This document shows positions 36,367 to 47,263 of a stretch of DNA of 48,788 nucleotides, piece by piece (position 1 is the stretch's first letter; each line of letters opens with the position of its first letter). Below the pieces are notes generated by a model. The model ran no database searches. It had not been told where the DNA came from and worked only from the letters and a program-made list of their open reading frames with translations. Made by a program: the position numbers and the translations under genes. Origin of the DNA: Octopus bimaculoides (taxonomy: Eukaryota); the NCBI RefSeq assembly GCF_001194135.2, contig NC_069008.1, positions 5,899,878 through 5,948,665 of the forward strand, given 5' to 3'.

Positions 36367-37567
36367 CTGTACAAAGAAATAAATAAATATATCAGAAAAA
36401 AAAAAAAAATTTTTTTTTTTTAAATTCATTACCACCGATAATTGCAGGTGTGGCTGTGTGGTAAGTAGCTTGATTACCAACCACATGGTCCTGGGTTCAG
36501 TCCCACTGTCTGGCACCTTGGGCAAGTGTCTTCTACTATAGCCGCAGGCCAACCAAAGCCTTGTCAGTGGATTTGGTAGACGGAATAAAAAGGGTTTAAA
36601 ACTATAAATGTTCGACCCGAGCTNNNNNNNNNNNNNNNNNNNNNNNNNNNNNNNNNNNNNNNNNNNNNNNNNNNNNNNNNNNNNNNNNNNNNNNNNNNNN
36701 NNNNNNNNNNNNNNNNNNNNNNNNNNNNNNNNNNNNNNNNNNNNNNNNNNNNNNNNNNNNNNNNNNNNNNNNNNNNNNNNNNNNNNNNNNNNNNNNNNNN
36801 NNNNNNNNNNNNNNNNNNNNNNNNNNNNNNNNNNNNNNNNNNNNNNNNNNNNNNNNNNNNNNNNNNNNNNNNNNNNNNNNNNNNNNNNNNNNNNNNNNNN
36901 NNNNNNNNNNNNNNNNNNNNNNNNNNNNNNNNNNNNNNNNNNNNNNNNNNNNNNNNNNNNNNNNNNNNNNNNNNNNNNNNNNNNNNNNNNNNNNNNNNNN
37001 NNNNNNNNNNNNNNNNNNNNNNNNNNNNNNNNNNNNNNNNNNNNNNNNNNNNNNNNNNNNNNNNNNNNNNNNNNNNNNNNNNNNNNNNNNNNNNNNNNNN
37101 NNNNNNNNNNNNNNNNNNNNNNNNNNNNNNNNNNNNNNNNNNNNNNNNNNNNNNNNNNNNNNNNNNNNNNNNNNNNNNNNNNNNNNNNNNNNNNNNNNNN
37201 NNNNNNNNNNNNNNNNNNNNNNNNNNNNNNNNNNNNNNNNNNNNNNNNNNNNNNNNNNNNNNNNNNNNNNNNNNNNNNNNNNNNNNNNNNNNNNNNNNNN
37301 NNNNNNNNNNNNNNNNNNNNNNNNNNNNNNNAGAATCAGTAGTTCTTTTTACTGCTATTTCTAAATTTTCAGTATGTTGGAGAAGCAACTCAATGCTAAT
37401 CCCTGTATATTTATGATGATAAATGGTTTTACCGATAAAGGTTTTTTCATACTGAACTACTTGGCAAAATTGTTAATTATTAATTCTATTATTAATTGAC
37501 GATTCCCTGCCCTTATTCTTGTATATTTTATATCTATTTATCTATTTATTTATCTATCTGTCTGTCT

Positions 37568-37740
37568 ACCGTAAATCCTTGAGTATAAATCTGCATTTTT
37601 TCTCCAAAATTTAACGGTCAAAATCCCTAGGGCGTACGATATACGGGGTTGAAAATGAACAATATTCGTAAGATCGCCAAAATGGCGATCTTACGGTTTG
37701 AGGTAAAACACATCGAATATAGAAAGGAGTTTGTCAGATT
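37568..37740 (+). mobile_element. Tc1/mariner (pogo-like) element end
   Basis: TA|CCGTAAATCCTTGAGTATAA resembles pogo/Tigger-type termini; internal perfect 13-bp hairpin 37667-37695. No matching second end was found. Confidence 0.35.
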
Positions 37741-37809
37741 TCGTCTGAGGGAAAGAGAAAAATTTGTAGTGTCAGGGAGACAACTCTGTCATAGTAACGT
37801 GTGTGTGTG

Positions 37810-38265
37810 TGTGTGTGTTCATGTGCGTGTATGTGTGTTTGTGTGAAAGCGTGCTTTCATGTTCGTGTATGTGTAAATGCATGCGTTCATGTTCGTGTGT
37901 GTGAATGCGTGCGTTCATGTGCGTGTATGTGTGTTTGTGTGAATGCGTGCGTTCATGTTCGTGTATGTGTGAATGCATGCGTTCATGTTCGTGTATGTGT
38001 GAATGCGTGCGTTCATGTGCGTGTATGTGTGTTTGTGCGTGTATGTGTGTTTGTGCGTGCGTTCATGTTCGTGTATGTGTGAATGTGTGCGTTCATGTGC
38101 GTATATGGGTGTTTGTGTGAATGCGTGCGTTCATGTTCGTGTATGTGTGAATGCATGCGCTCATGTTCGTGTATGTGTGAATGCGTGCGTTCATGTGCGT
38201 GTATGTGTGTTTGTGTGAATGCGTGCGTTCATGTGTGTTTGTGTAAATGCGTGTGTGCGCCTGTG
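37810..38265 (+). repeat. About 30-bp minisatellite GAATGCGTGCGTTCATGTTCGTGTATGTGT
   Basis: Direct reading, roughly 14 units; derived from (GT)n-like sequence. Confidence 0.85.
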
Positions 38266-38467
38266 TGAGTGTGTGTAGGTAATTGAACGGGTGACTCTGT
38301 GTGTGTGTGTATGAAGCAGAGAGTGGGCAATAAAGAAATAAGAAACTATAAGAAACTATAAGAAGCCATATATGTATATATGTATATATGTATATATATA
38401 GTGGTTGTGGTGGTGGTGGTAGTGGTTGTGACGATGATGCTGATGTTGATGATGATGTAGTACTTAC

Positions 38468-38587
38468 CTTCTGAAAGTTAATAGGGGGGATGGCAACAAC
38501 TGAGGAAACGGGCTGCTCCACATCTTCCCAGTCCCATTCTGGGATATTAGGGTCTGGAGATCTTGGCCCAGGGATTATCTTCACACA
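38468..38587 (-). CDS. PPIP5K: PPIP5K tail exon (CVKIIPGPRSPDPNIPEWDWEDVEQPVSSVVAIPPINFQK)
   Basis: TTTGTCTTTCCAG acceptor, AAG|GTAAGT donor, 120 nt. Only the phase-0 frame is open. Confidence 0.75.
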
Positions 38588-38662
38588 CTGGAAAGACAAA
38601 ACATCACAAGATATCACACCTCATGCAACATTACAGCACATACACACATAGGTATATACACA

Positions 38663-38877
38663 ACATCATCATCATCGTTTAACGTCCGCTTTCCATGCTG
38701 GCATAGGTTGGACGATTTGACTGAGGACTGGTGAAACCGGATGGCTACACCAGGCTCCAATCTGATTTGGCAGAGTTTCTACAGCTGGATGCCCTTCCTA
38801 ATGCCAACCACTCCGAGAGTGTAGTGGCTGATTTTACGTGCCACTGGCACGAAGGCCAGTCAGGTGGTACTGGCAAC
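38663..38877 (-). mobile_element. RTE-type 3' tail fragment
   Basis: Same tail sequence ending in (GAT)n. Similar copies at 7728-7930(-), 17150-17342(+), 29068-29215(-), 33670-33830(-). Confidence 0.75.
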
Positions 38878-38929
38878 AATATTGTTATTATTATTATTAT
38901 TACTGTTGTTGTTGTTGTTATTATTATTA

Positions 38930-39196
38930 TGTTTTTTTTTCTTCTTCTTTCTTCAAATTTTTTCCCATTTCTCGCTGAGTGTTTTCCGTACACCTAGGGC
39001 AGAGAAACGTTGTATGCATTCCCAGTTTACACACGCAAATTCATAGGTAAAACATGTATTGAAAAAAAACAAACAAAACATGAATGGATGTTGTTTTCAC
39101 AGCGATAATGCTCTTCTCAGTACATGAGTCGTTCCAGTTAGCACGATTTTTTGCACCTCCTGTAGAGATGGTAAGCCTGGTATCATTTTCAAATAG
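38930..39196 (-). mobile_element. R4/Dong-like (REL-endonuclease) LINE 3' end flanked by (TAA)n
   Basis: Minus translation YLKMIPGLPSLQEVQKIVLTGTTHVLRRALSL* (stop 39097-39099) resembles the QKxxLLGTxxILRxxL C-terminus of R4-clade elements (recalled). Confidence 0.55.
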
Positions 39197-39849
39197 ATTA
39201 TTATTATTATTATTATTATTATTTTATGTTTGACTTTTGCTTTGCATTTGTACAAGTTGGATCCAAGTCTCACCCAGAGACCTCAAGAGACAACAAGTTA
39301 GAAGTTCATGTNNNNNNNNNNNNNNNNNNNNNNNNNNNNNNNNNNNNNNNNNNNNNNNNNNNNNNNNNNNNNNNNNNNNNNNNNNNNNNNNNNNNNNNNN
39401 NNNNNNNNNNNNNNNNNNNNNNNNNNNNNNNNNNNNNNNNNNNNNNNNNNNNNNNNNNNNNNNNNNNNNNNNNNNNNNNNNNNNNNNNNNNNNNNNNNNN
39501 NNNNNNNNNNNNNNNNNNNNNNNNNNNNNNNNNNNNNNNNNNNNNNNNNNNNNNNNNNNNNNNNNNNNNNNNNNNNNNNNNNNNNNNNNNNNNNNNNNNN
39601 NNNNNNNNNNNNNNNNNNNNNNNNNNNNNNNNNNNNNNNNNNNNNNNNNNNNNNNNNNNNNNNNNNNNNNNNNNNNNNNNNNNNNNNNNNNNNNNNNNNN
39701 NNNNNNNNNNNNNNNNNNNNNNNNNNNNNNNNNNNNNNNNNNNNNNNNNNNNNNNNNNNNNNNNNNNNNNNNNNNNNNNNNNNNNNNNNNNNNNNNNNNN
39801 NNNNNNNNNNNNNNNNNNNNNNNNNNNNNNNTTATTATTATTATTATTA

Positions 39850-40050
39850 TTATTCGTGCGGGTGACACGTAAAAGCACCCACTACACTCTCTGAGTGGTT
39901 GGCGTTAGGAAGGGCATCCAGCTGTAGAAACTCTGCCAAATCAGACTGGAGCCTGGTGTTGCCATCCGGTTTCACCAGTCCTCAGTCAAATCGTCCAACC
40001 CATGCTAGCATGGAAAGCGGACGTTAAACGATGATGATGATGATGATGAT
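39850..40050 (+). mobile_element. RTE-type 3' tail fragment
   Basis: GGTTGGCGTTAGGAAGGGCATCCAGCTGTAGAAACTCTGCC...GGACGTTAAACGATGATGAT. Confidence 0.75.
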
Positions 40051-41053
40051 TATTATTATTATTATCATCATTATTATTATTATTAAGGTGGTGAGCTGGC
40101 AGAATCGTTAGCACGCTGGACAAAATGCTTCGCGGTATTTCGTCTGCCACTATGTTCCGAGTTCAAATCCTGCCGAGGTCAACTTTGCCTTTCATCCTTT
40201 CAGAGTCGACAGATTAAGTACCAGTGAAACACTGGGGGTTGACATAANNNNNNNNNNNNNNNNNNNNNNNNNNNNNNNNNNNNNNNNNNNNNNNNNNNNN
40301 NNNNNNNNNNNNNNNNNNNNNNNNNNNNNNNNNNNNNNNNNNNNNNNNNNNNNNNNNNNNNNNNNNNNNNNNNNNNNNNNNNNNNNNNNNNNNNNNNNNN
40401 NNNNNNNNNNNNNNNNNNNNNNNNNNNNNNNNNNNNNNNNNNNNNNNNNNNNNNNNNNNNNNNNNNNNNNNNNNNNNNNNNNNNNNNNNNNNNNNNNNNN
40501 NNNNNNNNNNNNNNNNNNNNNNNNNNNNNNNNNNNNNNNNNNNNNNNNNNNNNNNNNNNNNNNNNNNNNNNNNNNNNNNNNNNNNNNNNNNNNNNNNNNN
40601 NNNNNNNNNNNNNNNNNNNNNNNNNNNNNNNNNNNNNNNNNNNNNNNNNNNNNNNNNNNNNNNNNNNNNNNNNNNNNNNNNNNNNNNNNNNNNNNNNNNN
40701 NNNNNNNNNNNNNNNNNNNNNNNNNNNNNNNNNNNNNNNNNNNNNNNNNNNNNNNNNNNNNNNNNNNNNNNNNNNNNNNNNNNNNNNNNNNNNNNNNNNN
40801 NNNNNNNNNNNNNNNNNNNNNNNNNNNNNNNNNNNNNNNNNNNNNNNNNNNNNNNNNNNNNNNNNNNNNNNNNNNNNNNNNNNNNNNNNNNNNNNNNNNN
40901 NNNNNNNNNNNNNNNNNNNNNNNNNNNNNNNNNNNNNNNNNNNNNNNNNNNNNNNNNNNNNNNNNNNNNNNNNNNNNNNNNNNNNNNNNNNNNNNNNNNN
41001 NNNNNNNNNNNNNNNNNNNNNNNNNNNNNNNNNNNNNNNNNNNNNNNNNNNNN

Positions 41054-41561
41054 GCCTTCTCTCTTCGTCATCGACCACCAACCCTTTCCCTTCTGGTTTT
41101 CGCTCCCCTGCCCCTTCATCCCTCTCCCCATCCCTGCCTGTCGTAAGCTTCCCCTCTCCTCCCTCCTTGTCCCCTGTCTTGTCCTCCTCCTCCCACTCTT
41201 CTTCAACACCACCACCATCATCATCATCATCATCATCATCATCATTACCAACATCAAGCCTTTTGTTACCCCTGCCCATCATCTTTGCCATCGCTCCTCC
41301 TTTCTCACCCACTTGCGGCAACTGCATCCCTGCTGTCGCTGCCGACACTGTCACATCATCCTCGTTGTCACTAGCCTCCACCTCCACCTCCTCTTCTTCT
41401 TCTTCTTCTGCGCCGTCTTCATCATCTGGAACCTCCAGCACGTCTGTGAGATCATCTGCCGGTGCTGTTGCTGGCGTGTTGGCCCTCATCAGGGACAGAC
41501 TGCGCAGGTTGGACAGGCTGACTGATGGAGTTCTCCGCCACTGGTCATCACTCATGAACAA
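41054..41561 (-). CDS. PPIP5K: PPIP5K large acidic low-complexity exon (LFMSDDQWRRTPSVSLSNL...), 3' end lost in N gap
   Basis: First AG after a long AG-free tract gives a phase-0 start that continues the previous exon. Open for >=169 codons up to the gap; D/E/G-rich. Confidence 0.7.
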
Positions 41562-41792
41562 CTGCAGTAGTAGTAGTAGCAGCAGCAGCAGTATTAGTAG
41601 TAGTTGCAGTGATAAATGTATCAGTAAAAGAGATGGTGGTGGTGGTAGTAATATCGAAGTAGTAGCAGTAGTAGTAGTTGTAGTAGCAGTGCAAGAAATA
41701 GAAAGAGAAAAAAAAAAAGAGAGAAAAAAAGGAATGTATTAGGTTAATAATAATATATGTAGAGTAGTTGTGTAGGTGATAGTAAAACCTAA

Positions 41793-42783
41793 CCCTTTAG
41801 CATTCAGATTACATTGTCCAGCTTAATACTTATTTATCCAAATTGTTTCGAATTAATCATTCATTATCTCGTAACTTTGAGATTGCAATGATGCAATTGT
41901 TTCTTTTTAGAATGACAGTGTAGGATAAGTGTGAGAAGCCAGATCCGGCTAGTTTGAACAGAAAACAAGTAGAATATTTGAGCCAGATCTGGCCAATTTG
42001 AACACAACACTAATAGAATATTTGAGCCAGCTCTGGCCAGTTTGAACAGAAAACAAATAGAATACTTGAGCCAGATCTGGCCAATTTGAACCTAACACTA
42101 ATAGAATATTTGAGCCAGCTCTGGCCAGTTTGAACAGAAAACAAATAGAATACTTGAGCCAGATCTGGCCAATTTGAACCTAACACTAATAGAATATTTG
42201 AGCTAGCTCTGGCCNNNNNNNNNNNNNNNNNNNNNNNNNNNNNNNNNNNNNNNNNNNNNNNNNNNNNNNNNNNNNNNNNNNNNNNNNNNNNNNNNNNNNN
42301 NNNNNNNNNNNNNNNNNNNNNNNNNNNNNNNNNNNNNNNNNNNNNNNNNNNNNNNNNNNNNNNNNNNNNNNNNNNNNNNNNNNNNNNNNNNNNNNNNNNN
42401 NNNNNNNNNNNNNNNNNNNNNNNNNNNNNNNNNNNNNNNNNNNNNNNNNNNNNNNNNNNNNNNNNNNNNNACTAATAGAATATTTGAGCTAGCTCTGGCC
42501 AGTTTTAACAGAAAACAAATAGAATACTTGAGCCAGATCTGGCCAATTTGAACCTAACACTAATAGAATATTTGAGCTAGCTCTGGCCAGTTTTAACAGA
42601 AAACAAATAGAATACTTGAGCCAGATCTGGCCAATTTGAACCTAACACTAATAGAATATTTGAGCCAGCTCTGGCCAGTTTGAACAGAAAACAAGTAGAA
42701 TATTTGAGCCAGATCTGGCCATTTTGGACATAAAACAAGTAAGCTATTTGAGCCAGACATGACCTGGTTTAAATGCTAAAGGG
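41793..42783. mobile_element. piggyBac-type MITE carrying an internal satellite
   Basis: Terminal CCCTTTAGCATT / AATGCTAAAGGG; right flank TTAA, left flank CTAA. The body matches related copies at about 17122-17500, 17536-18059 and 42800-43014. Confidence 0.72.
41930..42760 (+). repeat. 44-bp monomer satellite arranged as an 88-bp A/B dimer
   Basis: AATAGAATA starts at 42012, 42056 and 42100. Monomers alternate between ...GCCAGCTCTGGCCAGTTTGAACAGAAAACA and ...GCCAGATCTGGCCAATTTGAACCTAACACT. The array spans an N gap. Confidence 0.92.
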
Positions 42784-43080
42784 TTAAAAATAAAATATTG
42801 AAAAAAAACTTTAATCTTTTAGTGTTCTAATTATTTTGTCAAATGTTCTGAATTAATCAGACATTATTTCGTAGCTTTGAGGTTTCAATGATGTGATTGT
42901 TTATTTTTAGAATGACACAATGTAGTGCAAGTGGAAGAAGCCTGATCTAGCCAGTTTGAACATAAAACAGACTAATTGAGCCAGATATGGTCGGCTTGAA
43001 TATAAAAGAGTTAAGCAGTCTCTAATCTTTTCCTTAGGATAATTAAGAAATTATATATATAAAGGAAGAAAAGGTGCCTC

Positions 43081-43297
43081 GATATTTGTCCTCATCTTGT
43101 TTGTTGTTAACACATTTCGGCTGATATACCCTCCAGCCTTCATCAGGTGTCTTGGGGAAATTTCTAACCTGGGTTCTCATTCCTAAGGTATTTTTTTCGA
43201 TATTATTATTATTATTATTATTATTCAGGTCACTGCCTGGAATTGAACTTGGAATCTTGGGGTTAGTAAGTAGCCCATGCTCTTAACCACTACGCCA
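43081..43297 (-). mobile_element. tRNA-derived SINE with Penelope-like 3' end containing a degenerate hammerhead motif
   Basis: A box TGGCGTAGTGG, B-box-like AGTTCAATTCC, (AAT)n, then GACAC-CTGATGA-A-GGCTG-loop-CAGCC-GAAA-T-GTGTT. Confidence 0.7.
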
Positions 43298-44001
43298 CTA
43301 AGCTTTCTGTTATCAACACCATTATATGTTAATGAATAAGGTTAATTATTAACAGATGTGTTTTGGGAGTCAATATTGAGTTTACTAGCAGCATCTTTAG
43401 CACGTCAGGCAAAGTACCAAGCCGCCTTGTGTCCATGATTACATTCTGAGGTCAAATTCCACCGAGGTTGACTTTGCCTTTAATGTTTTCAGGATCGATA
43501 AGTACCAGTAAAGTATTGGGGGGGGGGGTCAATGTAAGTGACGAGTCCCCTCCTCTGCGAAATTTCAGACCTTGTGCCTTTAGTAGAAAGGATTACTGAG
43601 TTTAATTCTTTACCATATTTTCTGGCATACAAGTTGAAGTTTTCAGATCAATAATTAGGGAAATACAAAAAAAATAAAAATAAAAATAAATAAATAAAAA
43701 GGCTAAGTCAACTTATACACCGAAGATATAATTCAAGGATCACCTAAGAGTAAAAAAAGGTTGGGAAACGGCAACACTTCTTTGGTTAGTATGCATAGCA
43801 ACCAAGAGGAATAGTTCCAGAAATGATCATCAGAGTTATCTCCCTTTGCACAACGTGATACAGGCACTAATAATGAGTAATATTAGTACAAGGTAGTACA
43901 TACACTAATAGGTACTATATAGAAATGTAGCATACCTAAGGTTTCATATACTATACTATATACATGTCACACTAACTAAACAACAACAGCCACCACATTA
44001 C

Positions 44002-44115
44002 CTGTTCAATTTTGGTGAGTTGTCCTTGTCGACTGATCCGTTTTGTATCACAGCAGGTATAGGCCCCAGGGCTGAAGTGTAACTCAATGTGGTATCTTTC
44101 TGGAGACTTGGGATC
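44002..44115 (-). CDS. PPIP5K: PPIP5K exon (DPKSPERYHIELHFSPGAYTCC...KIEQ)
   Basis: CTTCTTCAG acceptor, GTAATG donor, 114 nt, phase 0-0. The ER(F/Y)H(V/I)ELHFSPG motif closes the phosphatase-like domain. Confidence 0.93.
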
Positions 44116-45773
44116 CTGAAGAAGAATCAAGAAGAATTTCAATTTAACAGCAATGTCATGTGACCAGAGTAAAAAACAAAACAAAACAAAAAAACCAGAG
44201 AAGTTATATTAGTGTCAAACCAGTTCATTCAATAAACCCCTTACTGTAAATCCCCCATTGCACAACTTCTTTCTCCACTGTCTTCGTGTCTGCTTAACAG
44301 CCGTTTCAACTATAGCTGTCTGTCTGTTACACACACACACACACACACACAGACATCTTAAACTAATTATGATATCACTCACTCACCTGGGACAATGCTG
44401 CTCTTACACAGACATCCTAGGCAACATTATACAACTGCACACACATATACAGTATGATAATGCTATTGTTACATATGCAGACATCTCAACCACATTACAA
44501 TACTGCTCGCATATCTTGGACAGTGCTGCTGCTGTAACATGCAGTCACAGACAACCTAGACCACTTCTCCTCACCCCCACAGAAGTTACTTTCTTGAGTC
44601 ATAAGGGCCAGTTCCCTCTTTTCCATGTTGTATAAATTCTTCACCTGGATGGGAAGCTAGTCCATCGCAAGATTACTCACCTTTGCCAGCTGAGTGGACT
44701 GCAGCAACGTGAAATAAACTGTTTTGCCCAAGAACACAATGCATCGTCCAGCCCAGGGATTGAAACCACAGTCTTATGATCATCATCCCCAACACCCTTA
44801 CCACTAAGCCACAAACATAACTGATTTGCATGAAGTCACTTTCCAACACCCAACCTACTTACATGCTGTCTCCTTGTTCTACTTTCCCAACAGAAACTAC
44901 CATTGACCTCTGCTACGGAGACGGCTGGTCACTCTCATACCACTCAGTGGACACTCCTGAGTGACTAGTCTTTTCTTCTTTCTCTTCTGGTTTCCTTCCC
45001 CCCCATCACACTAACTCCAATGCCCAGATATCTCCCCTCAGAATCACCCCCATCAGGGACAACCTTCCTGCTCCTTACGTTTCTCTTATTCATTGTCAGC
45101 TTGCAGCTGTTCAAGGGGAATGTTCGCTGCATTGATGTCACTGATATTGGAGAGTTTGTGAAGATCCTTGTACAGCTTTGGTTTCTAAGGAAAATCCTTC
45201 ATGGTAACACAAACCATTGAAGGAAGTTTTCATGTGCTTGCTCAACCAGATAGAAATAGCAGGCAAATCTCCCTCGAATCACGCTTTGGTGTCTTATGTA
45301 TGTATGAGCCAATGAGAGACTGCTACACAGTACCTATAAATGCCAGAAATAGCAGCCAAATCTTCCTTAAATCACACTCTACTGTCTGAAGTATATGTGT
45401 GTGTTACACACACACACACACATATTATATATATATATTATAATTATGGGTATCTAAAAGATGCCACCATGCTAGAAATAGCTGTCAAAACTTGACTGTA
45501 TGCGTATGAGCCAATAAGGGAGACCTGTACACAGTAGCTAGACCTGATTGAAATAGCCAGAAAATCTCCCTCAAATCACATTTCACTTTCTTGGAACACA
45601 ACACATTGCATAATGTAGTCCTGGATTATCTGCAAATGTGAAGAAGATGAGATAGTCACACTTGGTTTTGATCGCACATCTTCTTGATCCAATCTGACCT
45701 GGGGCTAAACACTGACATCAACCTATTTACACACACACACACACCCCCCAAAGGAACATGTCGCTGTCAATAC

Positions 45774-45881
45774 CTTTTTAGGGTCTTCGAACATCATGAT
45801 GACTATTTGTGTCATGTAGTTCAACTCCCCAGTGGAACTGATGTATTCCATGGCACGGCGCCACTGTTCGTCTTTTATTTC
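45774..45881 (-). CDS. PPIP5K: PPIP5K exon (EIKDEQWRRAMEYISSTGELNYMTQIVIMMFEDPKK)
   Basis: (CT)n tract plus TTTTGCAG acceptor, GTATTG donor, 108 nt, phase 0-0. Contains the conserved ELNYMTQIVIM motif. Confidence 0.96.
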
Positions 45882-46348
45882 CTGCAAAAGAGAGAGAGAA
45901 AGAGCGAGCATGCTAGAGACAGAGTGAATAACACTTGATATAGCTTTCTCATTGGTTCAAATACCACTGATTTGTGACCATTGAAACACCACTGTTCTAT
46001 CATTATTTTACTGCATTTTCTATAGCTTCACATTTGCTCAAGAGGACACGCGAGGAAAAGAGTATTAAATAGTATTTATACAGAGGAGTAAATCAAATGG
46101 ATACAGTAGGAGAGAGAGAGAGAGAGAGAGAAGAAGAACAGATACAAAAAATAATCAGCTAGCAATACCTGAAGATAAAATGAAACACAAGAAGAAAATG
46201 CAGTAAGGCTTCTTGAATACATTAAAAATTACTGAAAGCAACAGAGATAAAGCTCCTCATCGCTTATGGAAACAACACGTGCACGAACACACGCATATAT
46301 ATATATATATATGCATATATAGAAAAACACAAACACACACACACTTAC

Positions 46349-46463
46349 ATCGCACAATCCTCCATAACGAATCATCGACAGCAAGGAATGGATGTGGCTC
46401 TCGCTTGTGAAGTAGAGACGAGTTCTTACAAACCTCTGCGGAGATGCAACACCTTTTGAATAC
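46349..46463 (-). CDS. PPIP5K: PPIP5K exon ([38 protein letters not shown])
   Basis: Acceptor TTTTCTTTTACAG, donor GTAAGT, 115 nt, phase 2 to 0. Contains the conserved [11 protein letters not shown] motif of the PPIP5K/Vip1 histidine-phosphatase-like domain. Confidence 0.96.
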
Positions 46464-47263
46464 CTGTAAAAGAAAACAAACAGGTTCAAATCAGTCATAG
46501 CATTTCGGAGAAATAGGTATGAATGTGTGTGTGTGTGTGTGNNNNNNNNNNNNNNNNNNNNNNNNNNNNNNNNNNNNNNNNNNNNNNNNNNNNNNNNNNN
46601 NNNNNNNNNNNNNNNNNNNNNNNNNNNNNNNNNNNNNNNNNNNNNNNNNNNNNNNNNNNNNNNNNNNNNNNNNNNNNNNNNNNNNNNNNNNNNNNNNNNN
46701 NNNNNNNNNNNNNNNNNNNNNNNNNNNNNNNNNNNNNNNNNNNNNNNNNNNNNNNNNNNNNNNNNNNNNNNNNNNNNNNNNNNNNNNNNNNNNNNNNNNN
46801 NNNNNNNNNNNNNNNNNNNNNNNNNNNNNNNNNNNNNNNNNNNNNNNNNNNNNNNNNNNNNNNNNNNNNNNNNNNNNNNNNNNNNNNNNNNNNNNNNNNN
46901 NNNNNNNNNNNNNNNNNNNNNNNNNNNNNNNNNNNNNNNNNNNNNNNNNNNNNNNNNNNNNNNNNNNNNNNNNNNNNNNNNNNNNNNNNNNNNNNNNNNN
47001 NNNNNNNNNNNNNNNNNNNNNNNNNNNNNNNNNNNNNNNNNNNNNNNNNNNNNNNNNNNNNNNNNNNNNNNNNNNNNNNNNNNNNNNNNNNNNNNNNNNN
47101 NNNNNNNNNNNNNNNNNNNNNNNNNNNNNNNNNNNNNNNNNNNNNNNNNNNNNNNNNNNNNNNNNNNNNNNNNNNNNNNNNNNNNNNNNNNNNNNNNNNN
47201 NNNNNNNNNNNNNNNNNNNNNNNNNNNNNNNNNNNNNNNNNNNNNNNNNNNNNNNNNNNNNNN

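Noticed and set aside
18337-38268. Numerous CVCVY/HTHTH/ERER ORFs and ORFs spanning N runs
   Set aside because: These are artefacts of dinucleotide repeats and assembly gaps.
41167-41742. Plus-strand Ser-rich 191-aa ORF
   Set aside because: It is the antisense shadow of the acidic PPIP5K exon and the adjacent triplet repeats.
41930-42760. CRISPR-like array (regular palindromic repeats)
   Set aside because: There are no unique spacers, the units alternate A/B, there are no cas genes, and the context is a eukaryotic intron inside a MITE.
45020-45220. Unique-looking intronic sequence as an extra PPIP5K exon
   Set aside because: The flanking exons join seamlessly by homology (EDPKK|DPKSPER), and the minus frames contain stops.
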